Shown: positions 37,816 to 49,238 of the stretch, one piece after another
Numbering within the stretch: the stretch's first letter is position 1
Layout of the letters: each line of letters begins with the position of its first letter
Origin: Lingula anatina
Taxonomy: Eukaryota > Animalia > Brachiopoda
Reading direction: 5' to 3'
Length of the DNA stretch: 64,000 nt
Assembly (NCBI GenBank): GCA_051362555.1
Contig: CM120642.1
Location: 5,642,001 to 5,706,000, forward strand
Translations under genes and position numbers: made by a program
The notes under the pieces: model-generated
Told to the model about the DNA's origin: nothing
Seen by the model: the letters and a program-made list of their open reading frames with translations, nothing else
The model's database searches: none

Positions 37816-39425
37816 ATTATTTCAGTTTAGAGGTATTTTGCAATTGTTTAATACATTTTTGAACATGGTAATCTTTCAGTCTAATGTTCAAGGAATCCAA
37901 AAAAAAAAAAAAAAAAAAAATTCCTGCGCCTTAATTATACCACACACTTCCAAAACTATATAAAAATCTTTTTGCTTGTTTTCAATGTAATACATCATGC
38001 CTCATCTAACGTCAAGAGCATTTTATAGTTTGCTATATTCTCCTCAGTTTATTCCAATTTTTTTTTTTATTATTTTTTTTCAGCTTTATTTATTTATTTA
38101 ATTATTATTATTATTTATTATGATTTTTTTACTCTTAGCTGCAAATCATGGGTTATTTGATGCGATCACCTGAGTTAGCTAATTTGGAAGTGCTTGATTT
38201 TACACCTTAAATTTCGTTCAAAATAATATCAGCACCGGTTCACACAGTTTGAAGCCCCATGCATCTGACCCATAGAATACTATTGGTGCAATTATTTTAT
38301 TAAAAGGTGTAAATGCTAGATGGGGTTGAACTTTATCACAATAGTATTTCAACTTGTTTATAATAATGGTAACTTTTCCTTGCCTACATACTCAGTTTAT
38401 TCACAGCTATTATTCATATATACTATGGGTTATTCTATAATATGCATTTAAAAACCAATGTTTCACATAGTCATAGTTAAAAATAAAGACCTAGTATTGA
38501 AACGGATTTCTCAAACAGCAATATTCTTGGATACATCAAAAGCTGGAGTCAGACAGAATTAGTTGTACTCTGCCATTAGTACTTTAAAAATGTGCATGAC
38601 TAACACACAGTTCTAATTTAGTTTCAGATATTCGCAAACTTTTGAGACAATGCATATCTCCCTGTTTGGTAAAGAAGTCCAAGGTCTCCAGGCTGAACAG
38701 AGAGGCATCCCAGTCAGCTTTCTTCACTGCTACAACCAGAATGACAGCCATTATAGCAGAAGATCACCAACTCAGTCTGGTTGACACTTGCTATCTTCAG
38801 TAAAGTCCTGGATGCACATTTCATCAGCCCTAATAGTGCATGGTGGTTTTTGTAGTCAGCAAACTGAAACATATATGTAGAGGAAGTGATAAGCATAAAG
38901 AACAGAGTCAACCCAGAGATAACAGTACACAGCCAGAAGCAGACACAACAGGTTGCTAAGTCGCACTTGCACCTATCACTACAAATGCAAAGTTTATGTT
39001 AGTGGAAATGGAACAATATTAGGGACACCTTTCCAATACAGATACATTTTTTTCCAATGCATGTTGCTCTAATTCTGTTATTCCAGATTGCCATTTTAGT
39101 TCTACATATCATGCTAAATGTACAAATTCAGCCGTTTTTGTGCACATTTCTTTAATCTTTAGTGTCTATTTTAAAGTAAGGATAGTCTCAGTGTGTATGT
39201 AACTGCAATCAGTTTCACCATACATGTGTGCACTGCTAAATGTCTGATGTAAAAAATAAAGCTATGAAACAGAGACATAAGTCCTCATTTGGTAAGCAAA
39301 CAGCAATGTTGAATTTAAGTTGTAATAAGGAGGTGAAAGGGATGTTAAATCAATTTAATCAGGTTCAATAAACTTTCAGGGAATAATATTCATCTCCCAA
39401 TTATACAGCCTGAATGTACACATAC

Positions 39426-39554
39426 GTTTAATGAAACGATCTGCTTAAAAAAGTCTGGAACAGATCTTGGCTTCCTCTGGATTGAAGTAGCCGTCACATC
39501 TGTTGAGGCTGTGGATCAGCTGACTTCTCCATTCGTCTGAAACCTCAGACACCC
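39426..39554 (-). pseudogene. Degenerate THAP-like zinc-finger exon
   Basis: CACAG acceptor, then VSEVSDEWRSQLIHSLNRCDGYFNPEEAKICSRLF*ADRFIK and a GTATGT donor. Resembles the THAP W..R..P...CSxHF pattern but has lost the His and gained a stop. Confidence 0.4.
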
Positions 39555-40812
39555 CTGTGGATATGAAAAGATACATTTACCACCTTAATTCTAGTACTTT
39601 CCTTGGAAATGGGAGTTTCTTTGTGGAATCAAAAAGGTAGCATATAGTCATACGGAGGTGTAAAATATTGAACATTATGAGCTATCATGAAATGTTTTAT
39701 TTGTAATTATTGTGAAAGTAGATAGTTATTCACTTGGGGAAAGGTGGAAGAGAGGTAATAATAAAATGGTTTGCTTGATTATTATTGTGTTGCTTCAATT
39801 TTACCTTAAGCAAGCTGTGAAAAGAAAGACCCTTGCACTTCTGTGAAGAGGCACTGCATAAAACATCACAACAGAAACTCCTTTCTGACACCCTTGAAAT
39901 GAACGGAATAAAAATTTACATTTATAATGAATTGCCATTATTAAACGTACATAGTCAGGTTAATCTAAATTATATGTTGAAGCTATATCTCCAGGAGTAT
40001 AACCAGCTATAACTGATCTAGTTTAGTGTTGCAATGATCCACTGTTGATATGGCCCAACTCCAATTATGACTTGGATCTTTCCATTTTTTTTTCTATTAA
40101 ACATGTTCGTATTTTGCTTGTACAAATGCATAAAATGAAAAGGGGGTGACTAAATATGTAATATTTATATATATGAATATTCTGTGCTTTTATTTAACAG
40201 CTTGGATAACGACATTTAGTTCACAGATTTCTCGAAGACCGTACGTGGACACTTGAGGGATAAACGAAAAAACAATCGGCGTCAGACGACCATCGTATTC
40301 AAGGACAGATCATATCATGAATGAGCCTCTCACTCCTAAAATTTACGCTTAAAGAACACTATATTGTATTAAAAAACAAAATTTATTACTTACATTGCTA
40401 AATTATATTCCGTGTTATCTTCGTTAATACACTCTGTCACACGCACCAAATAAAGCGCTTTGGTTTTTAATGATTCCGTTTTCACACCATAAAAACTGCA
40501 GTTAGATGTCCAGACTCCCGTATACGCCATATCGAATCACATAATCGTAAAAACTAGCTTTAGTCGCTATGAATAGTAGTTATTGAAACATGTAAAGCGT
40601 GAGTTGAATGCAGCGGCATGGAAACCGGAAGTGAAACTCCCCAACTCTCGCCCAACTCTCGGGGTCACAAGCTCGGCCTGCGAGATTTGAAGTTGGCATT
40701 CCATTTTCTCTACTTCTATGTTCAAAGTAACAGTTAAACATTAGCTTGTCGTGGAACACTACTGAGGGACGTCTAGCGGTCAAAAACATAAACAAACACG
40801 CGATCGGGCCTG

Positions 40813-41545
40813 GCCCCCGTTTCACAAAAAAACTTAAGTCGGTTTCCCTGACTTAGGGCTTGGTTACCAACGTAATTAAGTCGTTACGTCACTAAGTCCC
40901 GTTTCACAAAGAATCTCAAAGGTCGCTTACGTCGTTTTTTTCTTAGCTGTAAGTCGACGATGTCAAGCCTCCTCGGGAGGAGACTAATTAAGTCGGCAAG
41001 CTCAACTAAAACTCGGTAAATGAGAGCATAAACAACAAAAATTTGGAAAGAACATACCTCCTTCAAGATATTGTGTTATAATATCCTTGAATAGCACTGA
41101 CATTTATGGAATATTGAAACAAAAAATAAAATTCCACTTTACCCAGCCGATCGCGTGTTTGTTTATGTTTTTGACCGCTAGACGTCCCTCAGTAGTGTTC
41201 CACGACAAGCTAATGTTTAACTGTTGCTTTGAAGTTGTATTGAAGTTAAACTAATCAATAAAGTTCAAAAACAAACTTTGTGTTTTGGCTGACTTTTATC
41301 GTTGATAAACGATCGTTCTCGGCCGAAAGAGGCCATGAAACGTCATGTCTTTAGAAACTTTTGCAATTTTACACCTCCTTTTCTTGAAGAGTTTCTCGTG
41401 CGTGTCGACTACGGTAAGCACGCCAAGCTAAGACGTTAGATTCTTTGTGAAACACTCCAAGTCGACTTCAGCTAAGTCGACCTAGCTAGGCCACCCAGCT
41501 CGAGTAAGACGTCTACGGATTTAAGATTCTTTGTGAAACGGGGGC
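40813..41545. mobile_element. PIF/Harbinger-type MITE with CTG TSD
   Basis: TIR GCCCCCGTTTCACAAA / TTTGTGAAACGGGGGC, with CTG at 40810-40812 and 41546-41548. Confidence 0.85.
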
Positions 41546-41750
41546 CTGAACGTCAACAAGTGCATCTGAACTATGCGAAGGGAGGTTACTCCAAAATCAT
41601 TTCTATACATTTCGGCGCTTATATGAAACTTAGTGAATGCAAAAAAAAGACTCACCTTTTAGTCTGCAAACCCAAAGCTATGTAACTTGAAAGGCAAACG
41701 GCAGAATTTTCCATTCTAAAACCATGTTATGGCAGCGATATGGTCGATCT
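41546..41750 (+). repeat. Outer part of the left arm of the inverted repeat around the Cys-rich gene
   Basis: Nearly identical reverse complement of 57588-57792. Confidence 0.9.
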
Positions 41751-43116
41751 CAGCCCGGGAGCCACCGGTCTGCCGCTAGGTGGCTTTTATCCAAACCGGA
41801 AGTTCAAGAATTTGAATTGGGTGAAATTTTTTGAGATTTATAGGGTGTCAGAAACGGTGAAATATCTCGGCTATAAAGGGTATAAAAGTTTTGTTATGTA
41901 TACTGTCATTTTTAAAAGTAAATTGCAAATTATGTCAGATGCTCCTCGAGTTGATTTAAACCCTATTTTGAGTAGAAAAGCGAGTTTGAAACCAAAACTT
42001 TTACTAAAGCTACAGCGGAAGTTCAACTTTGACTCTAATGCTTGCATTCTTAGAGAACAGGTTCCAATTTTAAATTACCAATAAGTTGTGACACATTTAT
42101 TCAGCTTTCTGTAAATGTAAGCATGTAAGGAACTTTACCTTCATCCAGGAATGGCACAAATCAATTCACACCCGTGTATGCAAAAAATGTCTTCCTTGCA
42201 ACAGCCGTATACCAGCCTCGTTTTGACTCAGTGAATTCTGTTGGTATTCTGACCTCGTTTTGGTTTTTCCACCGCTCAATATTGTCTATATAGAGAAATA
42301 AGGCTTGCACAGGAAGAATGGAGGAAAATAAACATTTCATATTTTTTTTCTTTGTAAATAAGCATTTATTTATTATATGAGGCCAACTGATAAGAGTTCC
42401 TTTTTTATGAAAAAACAAAACAAAAGAGACATCAATTGAATTTGCTTTATTTTATTTTCATACATGTAATACACATATACATTGTATATTTGTGGCAATT
42501 TTTTTTTTATTTTAGCAAAACATCAATATGGCGATTATTTTACACTTCTTAATCAGTACATATAGAACACACCACTCCTTTTAAAAACAGGATCAATTTT
42601 AATAATTATAATAATATTATTTTATGAATTTACCTTGGGTCAGCAGCTTTTTTCACTGATACCCAGTTAGTCCTGTACCAATCCATACTTGCATTTGAAT
42701 TTATTTTTATAAGTATAATTTTTTGTCTACAAGGCATGTCATGTATGCAAGAGCTAAACTTAGCATACCTTACCTATGGTGCATGGTTCAAATTAATATA
42801 CTGGTAAAATATATGACAAATGTAGTAATACTGATGATCAATAAATATTATTATTAGCAACAGCTAGCACAGCACAAAAAATATTTTTCAGTCCTTAAAA
42901 GATTGTCTTAGGTAAGTTAGGTTGTAATGGTGCTCACTGCCACACAGTATTTGGAAATGATAGGTGATTCTGTCATAAAAACTGCAGGCCAAGGAATTGC
43001 AAAATGATTAGTCCTGGTCCCATTCATGTTCTTCAAGCCTAGAAAAATATTAGGTTAAATATTAAAAAGTTTTAAAAAGTAATTTACAAGAAAACTTTTG
43101 TAACTGCTTATATCTT

Positions 43117-43152
<36 letters not shown>

Positions 43153-43872
43153 TGTAACAGACGGACTCTCTGGTTGTGTAAAATGACTTTATTGCTGTAA
43201 CTAAAATTTTCACCCTGTAATAAAGGTGACATATGATTAAATAAAATGACATACAATAAATAACTTATAATTCTATAGTTTACCTCTATGATAAGGAAAT
43301 AATAAATTTGATATAGATAACTACGGTTTATAAAGGCTATAACGGCTTACCCTGATCTTATTCAAGGGCGTTTAGAAAGAGTGCTGGATATACCAATACG
43401 GCTTGGTCTGAAAACTAAAGAGTAGAAAACGATGTAATACAGTATAGTATAGTGGAGTTGGATACGCAAAAGGCAAGATAAAATATAACTAGAATTAACT
43501 AGATGACATCCAACTTACCACATAGAAACAGACAGACGAACAGCAACTTCAGCACTATTTGAAAATACGGCGCCAATGCCTTTTATAATGTGAAGTCACA
43601 TGACAAAGACGCGGGAAGACAGAACAAAGGGACATAGACAAAGGAACAGACAAAGGAACAATTAGAGGGCGTCAGAATCACATCAAGTCACAAGACAAGA
43701 CGAGTGACGAGTCCATAGTTACACTCTCCCCCCTCCAGTGAAATGTCGTCCCGACATACACCAATACATACAAAAAAAAAAAAACACAAATATAAATACA
43801 CAAATATTTACATTCAAAATGTTCCTTTATTAAACAATACATTTTTGTAAGATTATGCAAATGAGATATATA

Positions 43873-46800
43873 TCAATTACTCATCAACCGTAAAATATCT
43901 TCGCAAATCCCCGCAACCTGAGACATAACTAAATAATCAGGCGGTTTGCGATGTCGCGTACTCCTTCTGGGGATTGGAATGGGTGTGCGAGGCACAGGTA
44001 CTGGAACCTTCCTCACACTCTCAACATCTCGGGAAATTTGATCTTCAGCATCATCGGACACCAATGATTCATTGGCAACTGACTCCTGTTCAGCTGTCTC
44101 AACTGTGTCCGGTGCTGCAACTTCTTCCACTGTATGCTCCGTCTCACTATCACTTTTACCAGCATTCTCTTCAAGTTCTCTGTCCACACTATCACCTACA
44201 AACACATATTCATCTTCCTCATCTACACTACTGCTACTACTACCTTCACTACTGTCTTTCCTCACTCGCACTCTCTTTTCTCTCATTTGATTACGACGTC
44301 TCAATGACTTTCTCTCCCTCGGCTTTGGTCTCTCTATGATAGTTTTCTCTGAAATAGGAAGTTGCGATATTGGTAATAACAGGTTCCTGTGAAGCACACG
44401 TTTTTCTCCCAACTTATTTTCTTTTTCTACAACATAAACTGGTATATCATGATTAGGCTGGGCACGAACAATATATGCATCTTGTTCCCAGCGGTCAGCT
44501 ATTTTGTGCTTGCCCTGAAATGCTACCACCTTAACCAATACCCGATCTCCCACTTCTAAGACAGAACCTCTCGCTCGTTTATCATATTGCTTCTTTTGTT
44601 GTGTCTGGCTAATTTCTGTTTTGCTCTGTGCTAACCTGTAAGCCTGCAAAAGACGTTCTCTCAGATTATCAACATATTCACAATAATCAGAAAAACTCTG
44701 GTTATCCGGTGTTAAGCCAAATACTACATCTATAGCCAACCTCGGCTTTCGTCCAAACATAAGCTCGTATGGAGTAAAACCTGTAGTTTCATGTACTGTA
44801 CTGTTGTAAGCATGAATAAGAGGCGCAACGTATTTTTTCCATTCGATCTTCTGATCTGGCTCTAGTGTCCCTAACATGTCTAAAAGTGTACGGTTAAGTC
44901 TTTCGGTAATGCCATTACCCATAGGATGATAACTAGTCGTACGTGATTTCTCCATTCCACTTAATTGACATATTTCCTTGATCATTTTCGATTCAAAATT
45001 TGTACCTTGATCACTATGAATCCGTTTTGGAAAGCCGAAATGGTAAACAAAATTTTGTAAAAAGGCATTAGCTTTTGTTTTTGCTGTTTGGTTCTTCGTG
45101 GGAACAGCTACTGCAAATTTTGTAAAATGGTCAGTTATGACTAAAATGTTTTGATATCCACCTTTTGATGATTCCAAACCCAAAAAATCCATACAAACGA
45201 GTTCTAAAGGCTGTGTGCTTTGTATATTCACTAAAGGAGCTTTTGAATTTGATGGGGACTTACGTTTTAAGCATCGTTCGCATGTTTTAATCCAGTTTTC
45301 TAAATCGACTGCCATATGTGGCCAATAAAATCTTTGTCTCAAGTTTAACATTCCCCTTTCTTTACCTAAATGGCCGACGTCATTGTGTACTCCCTTCATT
45401 GCTCTCGCTCTGTGACTTTTCGGTAGGACTAACTGGAATCTTGCTTCTCCAGCTATTTCTGCTTTCCTGTACAAAATCCCGTTTCTCACCTCTAATCGTG
45501 GAAATTCTTTACAAAATGCTTTCATCTCTCCCTCTTGCAATTCTGAAACAACTGGTTTCTGCTTATTCTCAACTCCTTTCAGAAAAAGACTTACCACTTC
45601 GTCTTTCATTTGTTCTGATCTCCAATCCACTGGAGTGAAGTCACTGGAGTCTAATACTTGCTCATCTACAATCTGTGCTGACATACAGATGCTTTCTAAA
45701 TAACCAATGTCGGTTTTCTGGCAAATAGATCTTATGACATCTTTAGAAATTTCGTCATACTCACCTTCACTGTTTTGAGGTTTTCTTGAAAGTCCGTCGG
45801 CATCGGCATTAGTCTTTCCAGCACGATACCGAATAATGAAGTCATAATTACTCAAGGCAGCAATCCAGCGATGTCCTGTAGCATCCAGTTTTGCAGTTGT
45901 AAGAACATATGTTAATGGGTTGTTGTCTGTGTAGACTACAAATTTGTTACCATAAAGATAATCATGAAACTTTTTAGGAACAGCCCATTTCAATGCTAAA
46001 AACTCTAATTTGTGAACAGGGTAGTTTCTTTCACCTTTCGTGAGGCCTCTAGAAGCAAAACTAATGACTCGTTCCTTACCTTCATTTTCCTGGTATAACA
46101 CAGCTCCTAGACCAGTCTGACATGCATCGGTGTGTAAAATAAATGGCTTGCTAAAATCTGGGTAAGCTAACACAGGTGGTGATGACAAAATACCTTTCAA
46201 CGTATCAAAAGCTAGCTGCTCATCATCTTTCCATTGCCAACATGCATTCTGCTTAGGTGACTTTTTACCTTTTCTTTTCTTTTCAGTTTTGGCGTCTACC
46301 GGGTCAGTAAGTAAGTTGTACAATGGTCTAGCAATTTTTGAATAGTCCTTTACAAACTTACGGTAGTAGCCCGTGAAACCCAAGAATATTCTCAATTCAT
46401 CTGCAGTTTTCGGGACAGGCCAGTTCTTTACCTTTTCAATCTTTGCTGGGTCAGCTTCAATGCCTCTTGAAGATACAATGTAACCAATAAAACATACCTT
46501 TTCCTGGAAAAGTTTGCATTTCTTTGGAGATAGCTTAAGACCTGCTTGTCTAAAGCGCTCAAAGACCAAGCTGAGATGATTCAAATGTTCTGAGAAAGAT
46601 TTTGACGCTACAATCACATCATCCAAATAAATGTGACAAAACCTCTCACCTGAGTCATGGATACCATCCAGCGTCTCCTCCATCATACGCTGATATGTTG
46701 CTGGAGCATTGCATAGCCCAAAAGGAAGTTTGTTATATTCATACAAACCCAATGGTCCGACAGTAAATGCAGTGTACTGTTTATGTGCTTCTTCAATGGG

Positions 46801-48117
46801 GACTTGATGGTAACCACTCTTCATATCTAAAACGCTATAAAACAGCTTTCCTCCAATATCATCAAGGAGTTCTTCAGTCCGTGGTAATGCAAAGGCATCC
46901 TTCACAGTACGTTGATTCAGCTGTCTATAGTCAACACACAATCTCAGACTACCATCTTTCTTCTTTACAAGTACAATATTTGAAGCCCAAGGACTTTGGC
47001 TTTTTCTTATTACACCTGAGTTAAGAAGTTGTCTGATGTGATTTCTTACCTCTTGGTACATAGAGGGTGGAATCCTCCTATGTCTCTGCTTAAAAGGCTC
47101 ATGATTTGACAAGACTATCCTGTGTTTAACCAAACTGGCGAAACCTACATCCTCATCACTTTGAGAAAATATATCAGAATAACCTTGGATAAAATCACTC
47201 ACCTTCCTGAATTCCTCATCAGATAAATCTTTGTTCAGATCTATCACAGACAAATATTCCATGTTGTCATTGTCTGAACCACCATGATCCTCTTCTTCAC
47301 CGTCCAACTCCTGGCATGCCTGTATCTGACAAATTACACTTTTAGGTGCTATGACAACTGGATATGTGTTAAGGTTACTCACCTGAACAGGTAAAACTTC
47401 TTGTTCTTTGGTATCAACCAAAGCTGGAGTAATGGTTACCCCTCTTGGTAAAACTGACTTCTCCCATGGCTGCAAGATACCTTGCTTTGGTAAAACGTCC
47501 AATTTCCTATCAATACAGCCCTTGATTAAAACTGAAGTATTGCTTGGAATAACTACTTTGTCAGAGATAGCAGATTTTACAATACCTATCTGTCCGTTGT
47601 TTCTTTTCAGTCTATCATGCATCGACTTCAGGCACCTCATGGAGAGTAACAGAGAGCTTGGAATGTGTTTAGCTTGCTGAAACCTTACACCATACTTACT
47701 CTCTACATTTTTCATGATGAGTTCTAAAACATTAGTTCCTAGAACAATAGGCACATCCTTACCATACTTTGTATCGGCCACAACCAACATGACACAGCTT
47801 ATTGGGTCAGATACACCTGGAATACTAATGTCTACCTCAACATAACCAGAGTAAGGTAATGTCTGACCTCCAGCTACCTCAATTTCCAACTGACAAAGAT
47901 CTAATTGTTTCAGAGGATAAACATGCTCTATTCTCTTGTATGCACTTTCACAAACTGTTGATACATTGGCACCAGTGTCTAATAAGGCTGAAAAAGAACA
48001 TTTGTCAATAGCAATTATACATTCATTAGAATTGCCCACTAAATTTGGAGTATTTTTAACAACCTTTGGAGATTTTGAGTCTGTTGCACTGGCTAAACAG
48101 ACTCTTTGGAGTTTAAA
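43873..48117 (-). CDS. pol: Gypsy Pol polyprotein (PR-RT-RH-IN), probably expressed by -1 frameshift from gag
   Basis: 1388-aa ORF 43873-48039, open back to the slippery site. Motifs LLDTGA, LDMKSGYHQ, YLDD, HTDAC..GLGAVL, H..GH..CERC and HSDQG..E. Confidence 0.95.
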   Translation of the reverse strand, partial: FKLQRVCLASATDSKSPKVVKNTPNLVGNSNECIIAIDKCSFSALLDTGANVSTVCESAYKRIEHVYPLKQLDLCQLEIEVAGGQTLPYSGYVEVDISIPGVSDPISCVMLVVADTKYGKDVPIVLGTNVLELIMKNVESKYGVRFQQAKHIPSSLLLSMRCLKSMHDRLKRNNGQIGIVKSAISDKVVIPSNTSVLIKGCIDRKLDVLPKQGILQPWEKSVLPRGVTITPALVDTKEQEVLPVQVSNLNTYPVVIAPKSVICQIQACQELDGEEEDHGGSDNDNMEYLSVIDLNKDLSDEEFRKVSDFIQGYSDIFSQSDEDVGFASLVKHRIVLSNHEPFKQRHRRIPPSMYQEVRNHIRQLLNSGVIRKSQSPWASNIVLVKKKDGSLRLCVDYRQLNQRTVKDAFALPRTEELLDDIGGKLFYSVLDMKSGYHQVPIEEAHKQYTAFTVGPLGLYEYNKLPFGLCNAPATYQRMMEETLDGIHDSGERFCHIYLDDVIVASKSFSEHLNHLSLVFERFRQAGLKLSPKKCKLFQEKVCFIGYIVSSRGIEADPAKIEKVKNWPVPKTADELRIFLGFTGYYRKFVKDYSKIARPLYNLLTDPVDAKTEKKRKGKKSPKQNACWQWKDDEQLAFDTLKGILSSPPVLAYPDFSKPFILHTDACQTGLGAVLYQENEGKERVISFASRGLTKGERNYPVHKLEFLALKWAVPKKFHDYLYGNKFVVYTDNNPLTYVLTTAKLDATGHRWIAALSNYDFIIRYRAGKTNADADGLSRKPQNSEGEYDEISKDVIRSICQKTDIGYLESICMSAQIVDEQVLDSSDFTPVDWRSEQMKDEVVSLFLKGVENKQKPVVSELQEGEMKAFCKEFPRLEVRNGILYRKAEIAGEARFQLVLPKSHRARAMKGVHNDVGHLGKERGMLNLRQRFYWPHMAVDLENWIKTCERCLKRKSPSNSKAPLVNIQSTQPLELVCMDFLGLESSKGGYQNILVITDHFTKFAVAVPTKNQTAKTKANAFLQNFVYHFGFPKRIHSDQGTNFESKMIKEICQLSGMEKSRTTSYHPMGNGITERLNRTLLDMLGTLEPDQKIEWKKYVAPLIHAYNSTVHETTGFTPYELMFGRKPRLAIDVVFGLTPDNQSFSDYCEYVDNLRERLLQAYRLAQSKTEISQTQQKKQYDKRARGSVLEVGDRVLVKVVAFQGKHKIADRWEQDAYIVRAQPNHDIPVYVVEKENKLGEKRVLHRNLLLPISQLPISEKTIIERPKPRERKSLRRRNQMREKRVRVRKDSSEGSSSSSVDEEDEYVFVGDSVDRELEENAGKSDSETEHTVEEVAAPDTVETAEQESVANESLVSDDAEDQISRDVESVRKVPVPVPRTPIPIPRRSTRHRKPPDYLVMSQVAGICEDILRLMSN

Positions 48118-49238
48118 TGAGCACTAATGTCTGCTCTACACCCAACAGCAACATGACCAGGTTGTCCACATCTGAAACAAATAATTTCTTTTGATGCATT
48201 GTTTATCTGGCTATTGCCATTCCTGTTGGTTACTGAAAAAGAACGTTGACCTGAAAAGGAAGAATAAGTACGACCTCTTCTTCTTCTATAGCTACGGCCT
48301 TGGCCTCTACCAATACCTCTGGTACGTGGAATTCTATCTGAAACGTGAACTGATTCTTGACCAGAAGACATTGCAGCATTATTTTCCAATGCATTAAAGC
48401 GTTTCTCTATTCTATCAAATCTACTATTAATCTGATTAATCATGCCTCTTAGTTCACAATCATTGGACTTAGTCTCTGCAGTAGTCTGCTTCACATGAAC
48501 AGATTTTATGTTTTTATTCTCCGATGGTAAAAGTCCTAACTCACTTTCTATTTTCCGGGACTCAACTCTCAATTGATCAAAAGTCAGCTCTGCATCCAGC
48601 TTATGTCTCAACGCCTCTTTAAGTGGCTTATGCAGTCCACTCCAGAACTTTATACGTAGCATGTCATTCCTGGAGTCTGTAGACATAATGTGATCATCTA
48701 GCGCACGGTACAAAATATCTTCAAGTCTGCAACCCCATTCAGCCACGCTCTCACCTGCCTTTTGATTCGCGCTGTAAAACTTCGAAAGAAGATTTTCTCG
48801 ATCTTCTACTGCACCGTATATGCCCTTGAATTTAGCAAGAATTTCGTCTAAAGTACAATTTATGCCCAATCTTTGCACGATTTTTGCAGCTTCTCCTCTT
48901 AAAGATTTTTTAACCGCCGTGGAGACCACATGCTCGGGAAAAACACGTCCACTACGAAGAGAATTGACCTCAAAGCACCAAGCTTCATATGTGGCATCTT
49001 TATTAAAATCACCAGAGAAAATTGCGAGTTTGGGCGCGGTATAATATGGAGGAGGCATGTATTCTCGCGGCTGCGAATATGTACTACGTTCACCACGTTC
49101 TTCGCGTTCATGACCTCTTACGTACTCTTCCATCCACTGCTCAAGGTGGTCAGAATCTGGGTTCGCATCAAGTGCTTCAAACGCGGCAACAAGTTTATCT
49201 TTCTCTTTATCAGACATTCGCGTACCCCCAGTAGCCAT
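48093..49238 (-). CDS. gag: Gypsy Gag (PNMA-like capsid, CCHC knuckle)
   Basis: 381 aa with FSG...YEAWCFEV..SLRGEAA and CFRCGQPGHVAVGC, directly upstream of pol. Confidence 0.93.
   Translation of the reverse strand: MATGGTRMSDKEKDKLVAAFEALDANPDSDHLEQWMEEYVRGHEREERGERSTYSQPREYMPPPYYTAPKLAIFSGDFNKDATYEAWCFEVNSLRSGRVFPEHVVSTAVKKSLRGEAAKIVQRLGINCTLDEILAKFKGIYGAVEDRENLLSKFYSANQKAGESVAEWGCRLEDILYRALDDHIMSTDSRNDMLRIKFWSGLHKPLKEALRHKLDAELTFDQLRVESRKIESELGLLPSENKNIKSVHVKQTTAETKSNDCELRGMINQINSRFDRIEKRFNALENNAAMSSGQESVHVSDRIPRTRGIGRGQGRSYRRRRGRTYSSFSGQRSFSVTNRNGNSQINNASKEIICFRCGQPGHVAVGCRADISAHLNSKESV
48111..48117 (-). promoter_or_regulatory. -1 ribosomal frameshift slippery heptamer T TTA AAC
   Basis: Lies in the gag frame (..H-L-N-S..). 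The -1 frame reads KLQRVCLAS...NLVGNSNE into pol without stops. Confidence 0.8.

Noticed and set aside
38714-38911. 65-aa minus-strand ORF in a slightly GC-richer patch
   Set aside because: No recognisable motif, non-ATG start and no supported splice structure.
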